Origin: Callorhinchus milii
Lineage: Eukaryota
DNA: 64,000 bases
Direction of reading: 5' to 3'
Assembly (NCBI RefSeq): GCF_018977255.1
Contig: NW_024704743.1
Span: 104,286,001 to 104,350,000, forward strand
Each line of letters begins with the position of its first letter. Positions within the stretch are counted from its first letter, which is position 1. Below, in pieces: positions 25,221 through 38,215 of the stretch. Position numbers and translations under genes: made by a program. A model generated the notes under the pieces. That model worked only from the letters and a program-made list of their open reading frames with translations, was not told where the DNA came from and made no database searches.

Positions 25221-26499
25221 GGGGCAGGATGGGAAAGGCAGACGAGAGATCAGTTTAATGTGTTGCAAACATCCACAATGCAGTCAGCCCCAGCAGTGAC
25301 TAGAGTGTCAACTCTTGGACTATATGAGTTCAAAGTTCCAATGTGGGGCTTGAACCTACAATCTTCTGACTCAGAGGCAAGAGTGCTTCCAACTGAGCCT
25401 GGTTGACACATGTCTGCAGATAGCTCAGCTTCAGATAATAGTTCAACTGCTTCTTGATCCAACCGTACATGGAGTACTGTGTGCTGACCTCATGTCTGCA
25501 ACATAAAGCAGCTGCCGAGACACAGAGGCAGTGTAATGGAGGGCACCAAGGCTGATCCCTAGTGTTTGAGGAATAATTTGTAAGGAATAACTAGATAAAT
25601 TAAATTTTAAAAAATGCCTTGTAGAGATATATAAGATGATTAATGAGACAGAGAATATAAACCCAGAAGAATACTTCCGAACATGTAAGATAGTGTGAAA
25701 TTATGAGATCAAAGAGATTGAAAGGCCTCCTTCATCTAAATCACGCTTCTGTGATCGTAAAAACCTACATGTTTGTAACCTTGGGCATGATATTCTTCTT
25801 TTCAAAGTGTAGATTTCATACAATACTGATCTAATTCCTAGAGTAAATTTCCTTTGAACATTAAATGAATGGAATATCTAAAATCTTGAGTTAATAGTTA
25901 CCCAAATACAAGAATCATTTTAGATCCATAATCATGAAGTCTATTTTATTTATAGTCATTTCACGTTCCCACTTGATGAGTCATTCTATTCATTTAGAAA
26001 ATGCAAGAATCATAACTGGTGATAGAATAAGAGACATATTTTAGGCTGTATTTTTGGTCAATGTGGTCATTTTCATCAGTGATAAGATTACATTTTTTCC
26101 CTGTTGTCTTTTCTTCTAATTGGTCTCCAGAATTTTTAAATGAATGGAATATCACATGCTGCACTTCTCCTACCCACAATACAAATCACTTATTAATGAA
26201 GAATGAACATTATTTATTATTCCTGATGAAATCCATTTAATTCTGTTTCCAAAACCACATGCATTCCTGTGTTGTCTCCATGAAGGTTGGTGGTAGGGTA
26301 TTCCTCAATTCTCCCTCCCTGTGTTCCTGTCCTTATCTCCATTCTTCTGAAGACTGCTCATTTCTCACTCTTCCACCCCACCATTGGTGGCCAAGCCTTC
26401 GGCCACTTGGCCCCATTCTTTGGAAATTACTTTCTAAAATTCTGGCACCTTGTCCTTTTCTTCTCACCTTTAAAACCTCTAAAAAACATATTTTTAATA

Positions 26500-26703
26500 T
26501 AAGGGTAATAATCCCTTCAAAACAAAACAAAATAAATGGTCACTTAATTGACGACTGTTTGTGGGACACTGCTGTGCCCAATTGGCTGCTGCGTTTTGTC
26601 CACAAAATAGAGAGTCAATTCACTTTACAGTATATTGTGTGAAGCGCTTTGCGATGTCTCGAAGATTTGACAAGGCACTATATCAAATACAAGGATTATT
26701 ATT
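26500..26703 (+). mobile_element. SINE 3' half (old tail)
   Basis: Core and tail match the family. Confidence 0.85.
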
Positions 26704-27848
26704 TGACTGTGCCATTGGTCAGCATCCTGAAACTCTTCCTCCTTTGACAGTGATCAACGTGAATTGCTCCAAGATTTTCATCCTATGTGAAAGGTGCAAT
26801 ATAAAGTGTCAACTGTTGAGTTGGTTAATATATTTTAACACAATGCCTGCTTCCTCCAGTAATTTCCTTAAATGTTTGGAATTTTTATATATTTTTATTA
26901 GCTTTTCTTATTTTAGCCAACTACACAATCTCCTTTAACACGAGCACTACAGCTATCTTCACTTGCAATGGCCAGAGTGTAATTGGTATGAGTCTCAAAG
27001 TCTCAATGACCTGCTTCACGGTTGTCAAACAGATTGCGCAACATTTGCTTGTGAAATAGAAATCTCTGAAAATAGTTGGAGTCAGATTAAATGCAAAAAA
27101 AATCACAATGTCACAAACACTTTAGGCTAAAATGAGATGTGATTTCCTCTTCCTTTTTGGCAGAGGTTTCCACTACAAAAGTCATGTGAACAGATACAAG
27201 CCTTTTTATTATATTTTGGCTGAATCACCCATTCAGAGTCTACGTCTGTTTAGTAGGTTGGCTGCAGACGGGTCCAATGTGGAAATATAAAACTGAAACC
27301 TGTGAACTTCTTCCTGGTCATTTTCCAATTAACATCCTCATTTATGAATCCCTTCACCACCCCCACTCCCCCAGCACCTCTCTAATTTCTCTGAACTCAT
27401 CTTATCCCACTCTTCCTCTCTGATAGACAAACTGTACTTTGCTGCTCTTCCCGGCCCTACTCTACCACCATCAGTGGCTGAGCATCCAATTCTCTGCTTC
27501 TAACATTTGAAATTCCCTCTCTTAATCCTTCATGTCACCCTTTCTCTATTTGTCTTCAAATCCCACCTCAAAGCCAACCTATTTGACCATGCCTATGGTC
27601 ACCTGATTTTCCCCACTTCCCTCCCCCTTTTGGAATCCACTGCCATTGTAAAGCCTCTGAGAAATTATTTTTGTATAAATCCTCTACTTTTTCCTTCTGT
27701 ATTGACAATAAGGGAGAAAAAAATCACAACTTCTGTTATGAATTGTGGCATTGTGAGCATGTGGAATATACTGATTTTGAAGGCTGTAGATGTATGATTG
27801 ATTGGGATGTTTAAAGGGAGGACATTGGATGCTTAGAAATTAATGGTA

Positions 27849-28331
27849 CAACAACAACAAAATTACATTTATAGAGTGCCTTTCACGTCGGGAGGATGTC
27901 CCAAAGCATTGAACAGTCAGATGTCGAGGTCCGAGCATGGGGGAGGGGGGTGGTGTAGGGGTGAGGGAAGGCAGAGAGGTGGGAGGGCGACCAAAGGCAC
28001 GGTCAAAGAGAAGCGTCTTGAGACCGGCCTTGAAGGATGCAAGGGAGGAAGCGAGGCGAAGGGACCGTGGGATGGAATTCCAGAGTGTGGGGGCAGAGAG
28101 GCTGAAAGCTTGTCACCCAGTTCTGTCCGTGACTGGTAACAGAATGTTCCCTGGGACTCGGGGGAGTGTCTGACTCCAGGATGAAACTGTCCAGGAAGCT
28201 CTCCCCATCTCGGGTGGGAAACATGGAGCAGGCCGGAGCCTGATGAGCGGAGGGAGCGGGCAGGTTGGTAGAGAGTCAGCAGGTCAGAGAATTAGGAGAG
28301 GGCAAGGCCATGGATGTCCTTAAAGGTGAAA
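27849..28331 (-). mobile_element. L2 3' fragment carrying a 100-bp CR1 ORF1 insert
   Basis: L2 tail/UTR similarity interrupted at 28111-28211. Confidence 0.88.
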
Positions 28332-29162
28332 GGTATTAAGGGACATATGGGAAAGGTTTGGATTGGCTAGAATTACATAGAACGATACAGAATCGGCCCG
28401 ACTAGCCTATGTCAGTGTTTGGACTCCACCAGGACCTCCATCCCTTCTATTCCCATCTCCTATTCTCCCTCAATTTCCTTCTCCCTCATGTCTGTATCAT
28501 TGAAAGTTTAAAAGCATTAAAATATCTGTCCTGATCTAATAAAATGGTAGAACAGGTTTGATGAACTGAGTGGCTTTCTTCTGTTTCTGTGTGCATAAAA
28601 CAGTGTATTTTGAATGTTTATGTTATTTCAATTGTAAGTGAAATAGTTTTTATTTGTGTGTAATGTACATTCAATTACAAATCGGATAAAACCGCTAGCC
28701 TATATAACTGGAGTGACTCGTGTTGTCCTTTATGGTAATTCGCTTCACCACAAAGGAGATAGAAACATTAATCACAGAAAGTTAATGCTGATGAATGGCA
28801 CTATTTTGAGAGTTTTTGGGGATATAAAAGAAATATTACCCAGACATGTTTTATTTTTGGTTCAACTAGTTAACTCAGTGCCAGAAGTAAATTAAGATAT
28901 TTAATTGGATGCGGGTTGAAATTATTGCAACACTTTGTTTTCACAGGCAGCAAAGAGTCACTTAACCTATGCATAATGAGTTACTTATTATGTCTGGGAG
29001 ACTAAAAAGGAGAAAAAAAATTACAGATCAAATGCACAAGAAAATGTTTAATTGAAACAAAACTTTGGGAGTGGAATTTGCTTTCTTTTTTTCAGTTAAT
29101 TGTGTTAGTTAACACACCTTTTGTGACAACCATCAGATGATACATTAATTGTTCACTTTTTC

Positions 29163-29345
29163 AATAATAATAATCCTTGCATTTGACAGCACTTTTCACA
29201 TCTTCTAGACGTCTCAAAGTGCTTCACAGAATAGACTGTAAAGTGAATTGACTGTATATTTGTGGATGAAATGCAGCAGTGTCCCACAGACAATCGTGGA
29301 TTGAAATAACCAATTTATTATTGTTTTTTGAGGGATTATTATCAA
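29163..29345 (-). mobile_element. SINE 3' half
   Basis: Tail and core on minus. Confidence 0.8.
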
Positions 29346-29445
29346 TTATTTTTCAACCATAAGTACATCACACTCACAGTTTTCATATCAACATGTTGGT
29401 CTAGGAAGAATACAGCAGAACCCCTTCCCCTGCCTTCATTAGGAC

Positions 29446-29776
29446 GTGGAGTCCTGTAGCTCAGTGGTTAGAGCACTTGCTTTGCAAGCAAGACACCTGG
29501 GTTCAATTCCAGGCAGGGCGAAACCTTGGGCAAGTTTCCTTACTCCACACGCCTAATAATAATCCCTCCAAAAAACCCAAAACAATAATAAATTGGTCAT
29601 TTTTCAATCTACGACTGTTTGTGGGACATTGCTGTGCGCAATTGGCTGCCGCGTTCGCCCACAAATATACAGTCAATTCACTTTACAGTATATTCTGTGA
29701 AGCGCTTTGGGACGTCCTCCCGACGTGAAAAGCGCTATATCAAATGCAAGGATTATTATTATTATTATTATTATTA
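29446..29776 (+). mobile_element. Full-length young tRNA-Ala(TGC)-derived SINE (short form)
   Basis: A box tagctcagtgg, anticodon-like tttgcaa, B box ggttcaattcc, Deu-like core, L2-matching hairpin, (ATT)n. Confidence 0.95.
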
Positions 29777-30419
29777 CAAAGTGTTCTGCAGTCTCCTCTG
29801 TGCCGTTGATCATAGACAGGACCTGAGGAGTGTTAGGATCCTCTGCAGGAGCTTCTAGAGCCTGCGCTACACAAGGTGGAGGGCTTACATGACACACACA
29901 TTAACTATAACTGACAGAGACTAGCCTTGCAACACCTCTCATCCACCCCCATGCCACCAAACACAGGTACGCATGTGCATACACACACACACACTCGCAC
30001 GCAGGGCACATTGCAGAAAGTAATTCATTTGCTTCATTAGTCAATGCAAAATACTATTCTACTGTGCAGTCCAGACTGCCACTGGTACAATCTAACTCTA
30101 TAGCTAGCTCATCATAATGCCATGGAAGCAGTGGGCTCCTTCTGTATTCACAAAAGTGCAAGTATTGTTCATCTTGTCATTTCTTATCCTCCCCTGAAGG
30201 CAGTGACTCATGTTGATTCCACGAGTTGCTCCAGCAGACTCAGCTCACTGGAGAAAGCAGTGAAGCTTAGAAAAACTCTGAGGAATGTTGTATGAACTGC
30301 AACACACAAACCTGAGCATTGATCGGCTTTTCTATTTTGGAAATCACTGCATTATAGCAAACAGATAAACAGACAAGGTAGATCAGCAAAATAAATATAA
30401 CAAAGTGTGTTACATTGTT

Positions 30420-30700
30420 GGAGATGACGTCCTTCAGATGAGACATTAAACCAAGGTCCCATCTGCATCATCAGCTGGATGGATGTTAGAGATCCCACAA
30501 CTCAAAAAGAGAAGGGAATTCCTGGCCAACAAACCCTCAAATAAAATTGTCCATTCACTTCATGGCTATTTGTGGGACATTACTGGGCACAAATTGGCTG
30601 CCATGTTCACCAAGCAAATACACAGTCATTCCACTCTACAGTAAAATCCTGTGAAGCGCTTTGAGATATCCTGATGTGAAAGGTGCTGTAGGAAATGTTG
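30420..30700 (+). mobile_element. Old Deu-domain SINE remnant
   Basis: ccttcagatgagacattaaaccaaggtccc...cctggccaac...tgtgggaca...aattggctgcc. Confidence 0.7.
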
Positions 30701-30912
30701 TGGTGAAACTCTACAGGGAGCAGATGTAACTAATTAGACTTAACCAATAACAAGCAACATACCAATTAATCACTGGATTAGGTGGTAATTCTAAATTACT
30801 GCTGACCAATCGGAAACTGGTTGCATCCAGAGTGTATAAAAAGGGGATAGCTGCGCAAGCCTTACTTGAGCAGAGGGCCCAGAGTGAGCGACGTCTGGAG
30901 TGAGGCCAGAAT

Positions 30913-31126
30913 GAGGGGCAATTGGGTGCAGAGGGGCAATTGGGTGCAGAGGGGCAATTGGGTGCAGAGGGGCAATTGGGTGCAGAGGGGCAATTGGGTG
31001 CAGAGGGGCAATTGGGTGCAGAGGGGCAATTGGGTGCAGAGGGGCAATTGGGTGCAGAGGGGCAATTGGGTGCAGAGGGGCAATTGGGTGCAGAGGGGCA
31101 ATTGAGTGCAGAGGGGCAATTGGGTG
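30913..31126 (+). repeat. 18-bp tandem repeat x12 (GAGGGGCAATTGGGTGCA) upstream of CR1 ORF1
   Basis: Ten perfect units, one with a single substitution, one partial. Confidence 0.97.
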
Positions 31127-31187
31127 TAAGGTTGTAGTATATCTTGTAACAACAATAATGTAGGGATAAAGAAAGTGAGAGGAGAGA

Positions 31188-32130
31188 ATGGCCTGGCAGG
31201 TGATGTGTGATGAATGTGGTATGTGGGAGTTGATGGAGGGCAACCTGAGCCCGGTCGACTTCACCTGCAGCAAATGTCCGCAACTGAGGAAGATCCAGCT
31301 TAGAATAGCTGAGCTGGAGTCTCAGGTGGAGACACTGCACAGCATTAGAGATGGGGAGAGCTTCCTGGACAGTTTCATCCTGGAGTCAGATACTCCCCCG
31401 AGTCCCAGGGAACATTCTGTTACTAGTCACAGACAGAATTGGGTGACGGTTAGACAGGCAGGTAAGGGGACCTGAAAGAGAGGGGCAGAGGAACCCCAGG
31501 CTTTAACCTTGTCTGACAGGTATGAAATACATGCAACCTGTGTGGACAAGGAAGTCTGTGAGGAAGATGGGCAAACTTACCCCAACACCTCTATACAGGA
31601 AGTCACACAAAGGGGAATAGTCAGAAGGAATATAGTAGTAATTGGGGGTGAAACAGTCAGGAAGACTGACGCACTTTTCTGCAGCCGTAGCAGGGAGACA
31701 GGAAGACTCTGTTGCCTTCCTGGAGCCAGGGTGAAGGACATCACTTCCGGGCTGGAGAAAAATTTGAAGCAGGAGGGAGTGGATCCAAATGTTATGAGTC
31801 ACATAGGGACCAATGATGTAGGTAGTACTGGTAGGGACGAGTTGAGGAGCAAGTTCCAAGAATTGGGAGTTAAGATAAAGAGTAGAACTTTGCAGGTATT
31901 AATAATGGGATTATTACCTGAGCCAGGGGCAAATTGGTACAGGTAAAAATAAAATTTAAAAAAATGCCTGGCTAAAAAAGTGGTGCGGAGGGCAGTGGTT
32001 TCACTTTATGGGCCACTAGGCCAGTATTGGGGGAGACAGGAGCTATCCAAAGGAATGGACTCCATCTAAACAGGCCTGGGACAAATGTCCTGGTGACATG
32101 AATAAATAGGGAGGTAGACAGGGCTTTAAA
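31188..32130 (+). pseudogene. CR1 ORF1: zinc finger/leucine zipper + SGNH esterase, disrupted
   Basis: CDECGMW...FTCSKC, LRIAELESQVETL, VVIGG..VR, CCLPGARVKDI, HIGTNDVG; stops and frameshifts. Confidence 0.88.
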
Positions 32131-32289
32131 CTACTGGGGGAGGTAAAATCAATCCAGTGCAATCCGTCACAAGTAAAATTAGGACTGATGACAGTGGGAG
32201 AGCAGATTAACGAGGGAAGATGAGCAAAGTGTGTCAAGTGGGGAAAAGAAGCCCAGGGATAGGGTACTGGTGAATAGGACTAATAGCCT

Positions 32290-35040
32290 GAAGTCAGAAT
32301 TAAGGGCCCTATATCTGAATGCGCAAAGCATTCAATACAAGATAGATGAACTAACTACACAAATAGAAACAAACAGGTATGATCTAGTAGCAATCACTGA
32401 GACATGGTTACAGGGAGATCAAGGGTGGGAGCGAAATATTCCAGGGTACGTGGTGTATAGAAAAGATAGGCAATGTGATAAACGAGGAGGTGGGGTGGCC
32501 CTGCTAATAAAGGATGGGATAAAAACAGTAGAGAAGAAAGATTTTAAATCAGAAAAGCAGGAAGTAGAGTCAGTATGGGTAGAAGTATGTAACAACAAGG
32601 GGCAGAAAATGCTAGTGGGAGTAATTTATAGACCCCGAGCAGCATTCACAGTATCTCTCAAGGTATAAATGTCTTTGTACACCAATCACAGAAAGTTAGT
32701 CTGCAGGTGCAGCAAGCAATTAGGAAGGCGAACAGTATGTTAGCATTCATTATGAAAGGATTAGAGTATAAGAGTAGGGAAGTCTTGCTGCAACTGTATA
32801 GGGCCCTGGTGAGACCACACCTGGAATACTGCGTGCAGTTTTGGTCTCCTTATTTAAGGAAGGATGTACTTGCCTTGGAGGGGATGCAGCGTAGATTTAC
32901 TAAGTTAGTACCAGGGATCAAGGGGATGAGTTACGAGGATAGGCTGACCAATTTGGGCTTATATTCTCTAGAATATAGAAGAATTAGAGGAGATCTTATA
33001 GAAACCTATAAGATCATTAAAAGGGCATGATATAGTCAATAGTGGGAGATTGTTTTCCCTGGTTGGAGAAACTGAAACCAGGGGTCACAATCTTAAAATC
33101 AGAGGCCAGCCCTTTCGCACTGAGTTGAGGAAGAACTTCCTCACTCAAAGGGTGGTGAATGTATGGAACTTGCTACCCCAAAGGGCTGTTGACGTTCAGT
33201 CCTTGAACATATTCAAGACTGAGACAGATATATTTCTTATTGCAAAAGGAATTAAGGGTATGGGATAAGGCGGGGTATGATATTAGCTGGAGTTAGATTA
33301 GAAGATCAGCCATGATTGAATGGTGGGGCAGGCTCGAAGGGCCGAATAGTCTACGCCTGCTCCAACATGTTATGTTATCAATCAGGAAATTAGCAGAGCA
33401 TGTAACAAAGGAAAAACATTAATTGTGGGTGCTTTTAGTCTGCATAAGGTTTGGGACAACCAAATTGGGAAAAGTAAGATAGAGGAAGAACTTATAGAAT
33501 GTATCAGGGATAATTATCTAGATCAGTATGCCGAGGAGCCCACCTGGGAACAGGCCATATTAGACCTTGTTTTGTGTAATGATGCAGGGCTGATCAGCAA
33601 ACTGGAACTTAAGGCTCCTCGAGGGCAAAGTGATGATAATATGATGGAATTTAGCATTAAGTTAGAGAGAAGTAGTTAAGTCCGAAGCAAAGGTCTTAAA
33701 TTTAAGTAGAGCCAACTTTGCTGGTATGAGAGAGGATTCATCTAAAATAAACTGGGAAATTAGACTTAAGGATTTGACAGTAGACCAGCAATGGCAGACG
33801 TTTAAGGAGCACATATTCCTTTGAGGAATAAGAATGCCACGGGAAAAGTGGTCCCACCGTGGCTAACTAGAGCAATTAGGGAAAGTATAAAGTTAAAGGA
33901 AGAAGCCTATAAAACAGTTAAGATGAGCAGTAAACCCAAGGATTGGGAGAAGTTTAGGGATCAACAAAGGAGAACCAAAAAAGTGATTAAGAGGGAGAAA
34001 ATGGAATATGAGGGCAAACTAGTGAGGAACATAAAGACAGACTGCTTCATCTTAGAAGACACTGAAAACGTACCAAGAATAGAGGGGAACCAAGAAGACA
34101 ATGCTAGCGAGCAACTTGGGGAAATTAATATTAGTAAAGAAATGGTTTTAGGTAAATTCTCAGCTCTTAAAACTGATAAATCCCCTGGACCTGATGGCCT
34201 ACATCCTAGGGTTTTAAAAGAGGTGGCTACTGAGATAGTGGATGGCTTGTCTTTGATCTTCCAAAATTCTCTGGATTCTGGTACGGTTCCCATTGATTGG
34301 AAGATTGCAAACATAACATCACTATTTAAGAAGGGTGGGAGAGAAAAGATGGGGAACTATAGACCAGTTAGTCTGACATCAGTGGTAGGGAAAATTCTTG
34401 AGTCCTTAATTAAGGATGTCGTTATGGGATTCCTGGAAGACCATAACAAGATTAGGCAGAGTCAACATGGCTTTACAAAAGGGAAGTCATGCTTACCTAA
34501 TCTTTTAGAGATTTTTTAAGATGTATCTAGCGGGTTAGATAGGGGGGAACCAGTAGACGTAGTATATTTAGATATTAAGAAGGCATTTGACAAAGTGCCA
34601 CACAAAAGGCTATTGCACAAGGTTAAAGCCCACGGGATTAATGAGAACATATTAGCATGGATTGAAGAGTGGCTAACAGGTAGAAAACAGATAGTAGGGA
34701 TAAACGGCATGTTAGCGTGCATTGCAAAAGGTTTAGAGTACAAGAGTAGGCTGAATAAACTAGGGCTGTATTCTCTAGAGTACAGAAGAATTAGGGGGGA
34801 TCTTATTGAAACATATAAGATTCTTGAACGGCTGGATGATGTAGACACTGAGGGACTGTTTCCCCTGGTAGGAGAATCTATAACCAGGGGTCACAGTCTT
34901 AAAATTAATGGTCAGCCTTTTGGAACAAAGTTGAGGAAACATTTCTTCACTCAGAAAGCTGTAGCTGCTCAGTCCTTGAACATCTTCAAGGCTGAGACTG
35001 ATGGATTTTTAAAAATAGAGGGATTAGGTGATATGGGGAT
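32290..35040 (+). pseudogene. CR1 ORF2 (APE + RT), disrupted and internally deleted
   Basis: YLNAQSI, AITETW, GVIYRP, ILDLVL, KSPGPDGLHPRVLKE, NYRPVSLTS, QHGF; PQG/ADD core missing near 34.7 kb. Confidence 0.9.
32680..33377 (+). mobile_element. Nested CR1 3' fragment inside the APE domain of the host CR1
   Basis: RPHLEYCVQFWSP and a complete 3' UTR lie between GVIYRP and INQEISRACNKGKTLIVG. Confidence 0.88.
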
Positions 35041-36479
35041 AGGGCAGGTAATTAGAGTTAGGTCAGAAGATCAGCCATGATCTTTTCAAATGGCGGAGCA
35101 GGCTCGAGGGCCGAATGGCCTAGTCCTGCTCCTAATTCTTATGAAATACAAATACGGGATTTCACTTTATAATGGGAAGGTCACTGCTTTTAATGTTGGA
35201 TAGACTCTTCAAGATAAGGACAAGAAAAGATAACAGGAAATGCAGGAGACAATTTTAAGTAAAAATGTGATGGGCATGTGGAACAGACTACTGGGAGAGA
35301 TGTCGGAGCAAGAAACAGTGAAGAGTTTCAAGAAGAGTTTAACTATCACTTTCAATTATTAGATTTAGAGATCATTTGAGAAAGTGGATGGGTAGTTTAG
35401 ATGGATTCCTGTTTAAAATAGTTACAAGTATTATTCTCTTGCTATATTAACCTCAACTTCAACATTATAAGGCATATTCTGTAACTCTGGAATATGACTT
35501 CACTTATGTTTGGGACGATTAAATTGGCAGTCACGTTATGTTTCAATGCAGTACAGTCTGTTAAATAAAGTAGTTACTTTGAAGTGTGCATGTCTGATCC
35601 TTAATATCGCCAGCTTGAGCTAACAGTTAAATGGTATTCCCAACCACTGCTGAACTCTAATTATGCTAATTTACTGTCTCTGGCTGTGTCTTTTAATTGA
35701 GTCAGTTTATGTGGGACTCACTTATGAGCCAGGATTAAGTATCACAGAATAACTTAGGACAAATCCTAGGTAATTTCTTCCACATCTGTTAAGAATTTAT
35801 AGTCACTCCTGCACCTGACATAATACTCTTGACTGTGGTATTGTTTACAATCCTAATAAACCAGGAAATCTGAATATATCTGTAAGCTACTGCTTTTCTA
35901 ATATCTTGTTTTTTATAAGTACTTCATCCCAAATTAAAACTCTTCTGATATTTAAATAAGACTGATTTGATCTGAGAACTGTATTTTCCTTTTTAATAAA
36001 ATCGTAAAATTGCAAATATGTGTTCATTTTATCCTAAGCTTGCTGTGCACTGCCCACACAGTAATCAGTATTTCTTGAACCTGGCAGCCCAGTTAATTGT
36101 CCAATTTTTTTTTACAAAAGAGCTAACACAATATTAACAGTAGGAATGTCTGATAATGTCAGACCCTTCTCAATTGAAAACTGAACCTCAATAATTGCAA
36201 AATGAAAAAGATAAATCTGTACCACTCTCTCACATGTTCGTTTCCAAGCTTGGTTTTAAGAGGATCTCTATCTTTGTTCTTTCATTGTTCAATGGTCTCA
36301 TCACTAACATAATACTTTGCTAAGTGTTCTAAATTATCTGGTACTGGAATCTAAAGCAATCCAGATTTTAACAGTAGGGTCTAAAGTAAGCGGTGGTGTG
36401 ATAGCACATAGGATAACCATATTCGGATACAATGCAGTTGATTGTGGGTGATTCTGTATTTTTTTTCCTCGGATAACTA

Positions 36480-36865
36480 ATGATGATCCTTACATTTAAT
36501 GTAGCATCTTTTCACATCATCAAAACATCTCAAAGCACCTCATTGAATTTTTATTGTACATGCAGCGACTGTATATTTGTAGGCAAACTTGACAGCCAGA
36601 TTGCACACACCAACATCCTATGAACAGCCAAGAAAAGAACGACCAATTTTATTTGGAGATTGTTGGCCAAATCCCTGTGAGAAATTGTTTATCTTTTTGA
36701 ATAGTGCCATCAGATCTTTACTTTACTTTACACTTGAACAGGTGGATGGAACCTCATTGCATTGCTTCATCTGACAATGAAACACTACCTCCGCAGTAGC
36801 CTATGAACTCAAACTCTCCAGTAAGCTTCTGACTCAGAGGCGAGAGTACTACCAACTGAGCAAGG
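36480..36865 (-). mobile_element. Old Deu-domain SINE
   Basis: Tail, core and head (ttctgactcagaggcgagagtactaccaactgagc). Confidence 0.72.
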
Positions 36866-37885
36866 CACATACTGTAATTCTGGAAATGATTAAATGGATA
36901 ATTAAATAATTAAGGGCATCTGGTTGCATTGGAACATAGTGACACCATAGGCTATTAACCCAATCTGCATTTTAGCCCCCACTGTATTAAAATCCAGTAG
37001 GAAGAAAATCTTGTTGCTTCTTTGGGGCATTCTGGATTAGCAAGACTTCTTTGTCGCAAGCTTTGTTGCTTGCAGATGTTCTCATTAAATAGAATTTCCA
37101 TAGGACTTTGGATAGTTATGCACATTTATGTATGGTGCAAAATTCTCAGGAAAGTTGTAAAATGTAATTACAGGCTATAAATTGGCTCCAATTATGCCTC
37201 TGCTCTCAGAATGTACTCTCTGAAGGAAAAAAACAATGCTATTTGCCAGTCATAAAACATTAAAATTTCGATGTTGCAAATGGTGCCTTTTTTTTAATAG
37301 CACAACAGAGCATGATTCAAAACACTCAGAAGATTCAGTTTGTCGATGTGTCTTCAATTACTTGTTTTAATCTCCTTATGCTGCCCTTCCTTTGTCATTC
37401 AAGCAAGTCCTCCTATTACACAGGACGCAGATGACCTGTGGTAAGAGTGCTCAGTCCAGTTGGTCAGCAGCTAGTTTGCTTCTCTCCTGCTCAGCCCCCT
37501 CTCCTGCAGTGCTCCACTGACTTCCCTGTATAATTACCCCTTGCGCACTTCACAGACTGATCAGTCAGTCACCTGTGGACCTACTCAAATTCCTTATCCT
37601 GTGAGCATAAATTTGTAGAGGCACTTTAGGGTTATGCCTATCTCTCCAAAAGCAAATAGAAATATGAAAATAGCTTTACATTTACACCTTTCATGTCAAT
37701 TGGATGCCTTGAAGAGCTTCACAGTATTTTTTTTTGGTCAGCCAGGTATCTGACACATGCGGAAATCCATCACCATGCTTAAGAGTATCCAAACCAAGCG
37801 GAGATTTCCATGCACCCACATATGGAAATCCCAGAGATAGATTGTTCCAATGGAATGCTCACTCTCTCCCTGGAGGGCGCATCCT

Positions 37886-38215
37886 GTGGAGTCCTGTAGC
37901 TCAGTGGTTAGAGCACTCACTTTGCAAGCAAGAGACCTGAGTTCAATTCCAGGCAGGGCGAAACCTTGGGCAAGTTTCCTTACTCCACACGCCTAATAAT
38001 AATCCCTCCCAAACCAAAAACAATAATAAATTGGTCATTTTCAATCCATGACTGTTTGTGGGACATTGCTGTGCGCAATTGGCTGCCGCGTTCGCCCACA
38101 AATATACAGTCAATTCATTTTACAGTGTGTTCTGTGAAGCACTTTGGGACGTCCTCTCGACATGAAAAGCGCTATATCAAATGCAAAGATTATTATTATT
38201 ATTATTATTATTATT
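37886..38215 (+). mobile_element. Full-length young SINE with 5-bp TSD (ATCCT) inserted in the 37785-38650 repeat
   Basis: ATCCT at 37881-37885 and 38216-38220; empty site at ~20741. Confidence 0.93.

Larger units (their letters stand above)
30860..35143 (+). mobile_element. Near-full-length decayed CR1 LINE (5' boundary uncertain)
   Basis: ORF1, APE and RT remnants in order; CR1 3' UTR ending cctgctcctaattcttatg. Confidence 0.93.

Noticed and set aside
29446..29520. tRNA-Ala(TGC) gene (and similar heads elsewhere)
   Set aside because: Runs directly into the SINE body and tail in every copy; acceptor stem is not canonical
30711..31340. ORFs with (PNCPSA)n or (GAEGQL)n repeats; CRISPR-like array
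   Set aside because: Translations of an 18-bp tandem repeat; no spacers; eukaryotic context
36234..36350. 117-nt exon-like segment with an in-frame TGA (selenocysteine?)
   Set aside because: Weak acceptor, no homology or SECIS evidence; most likely chance
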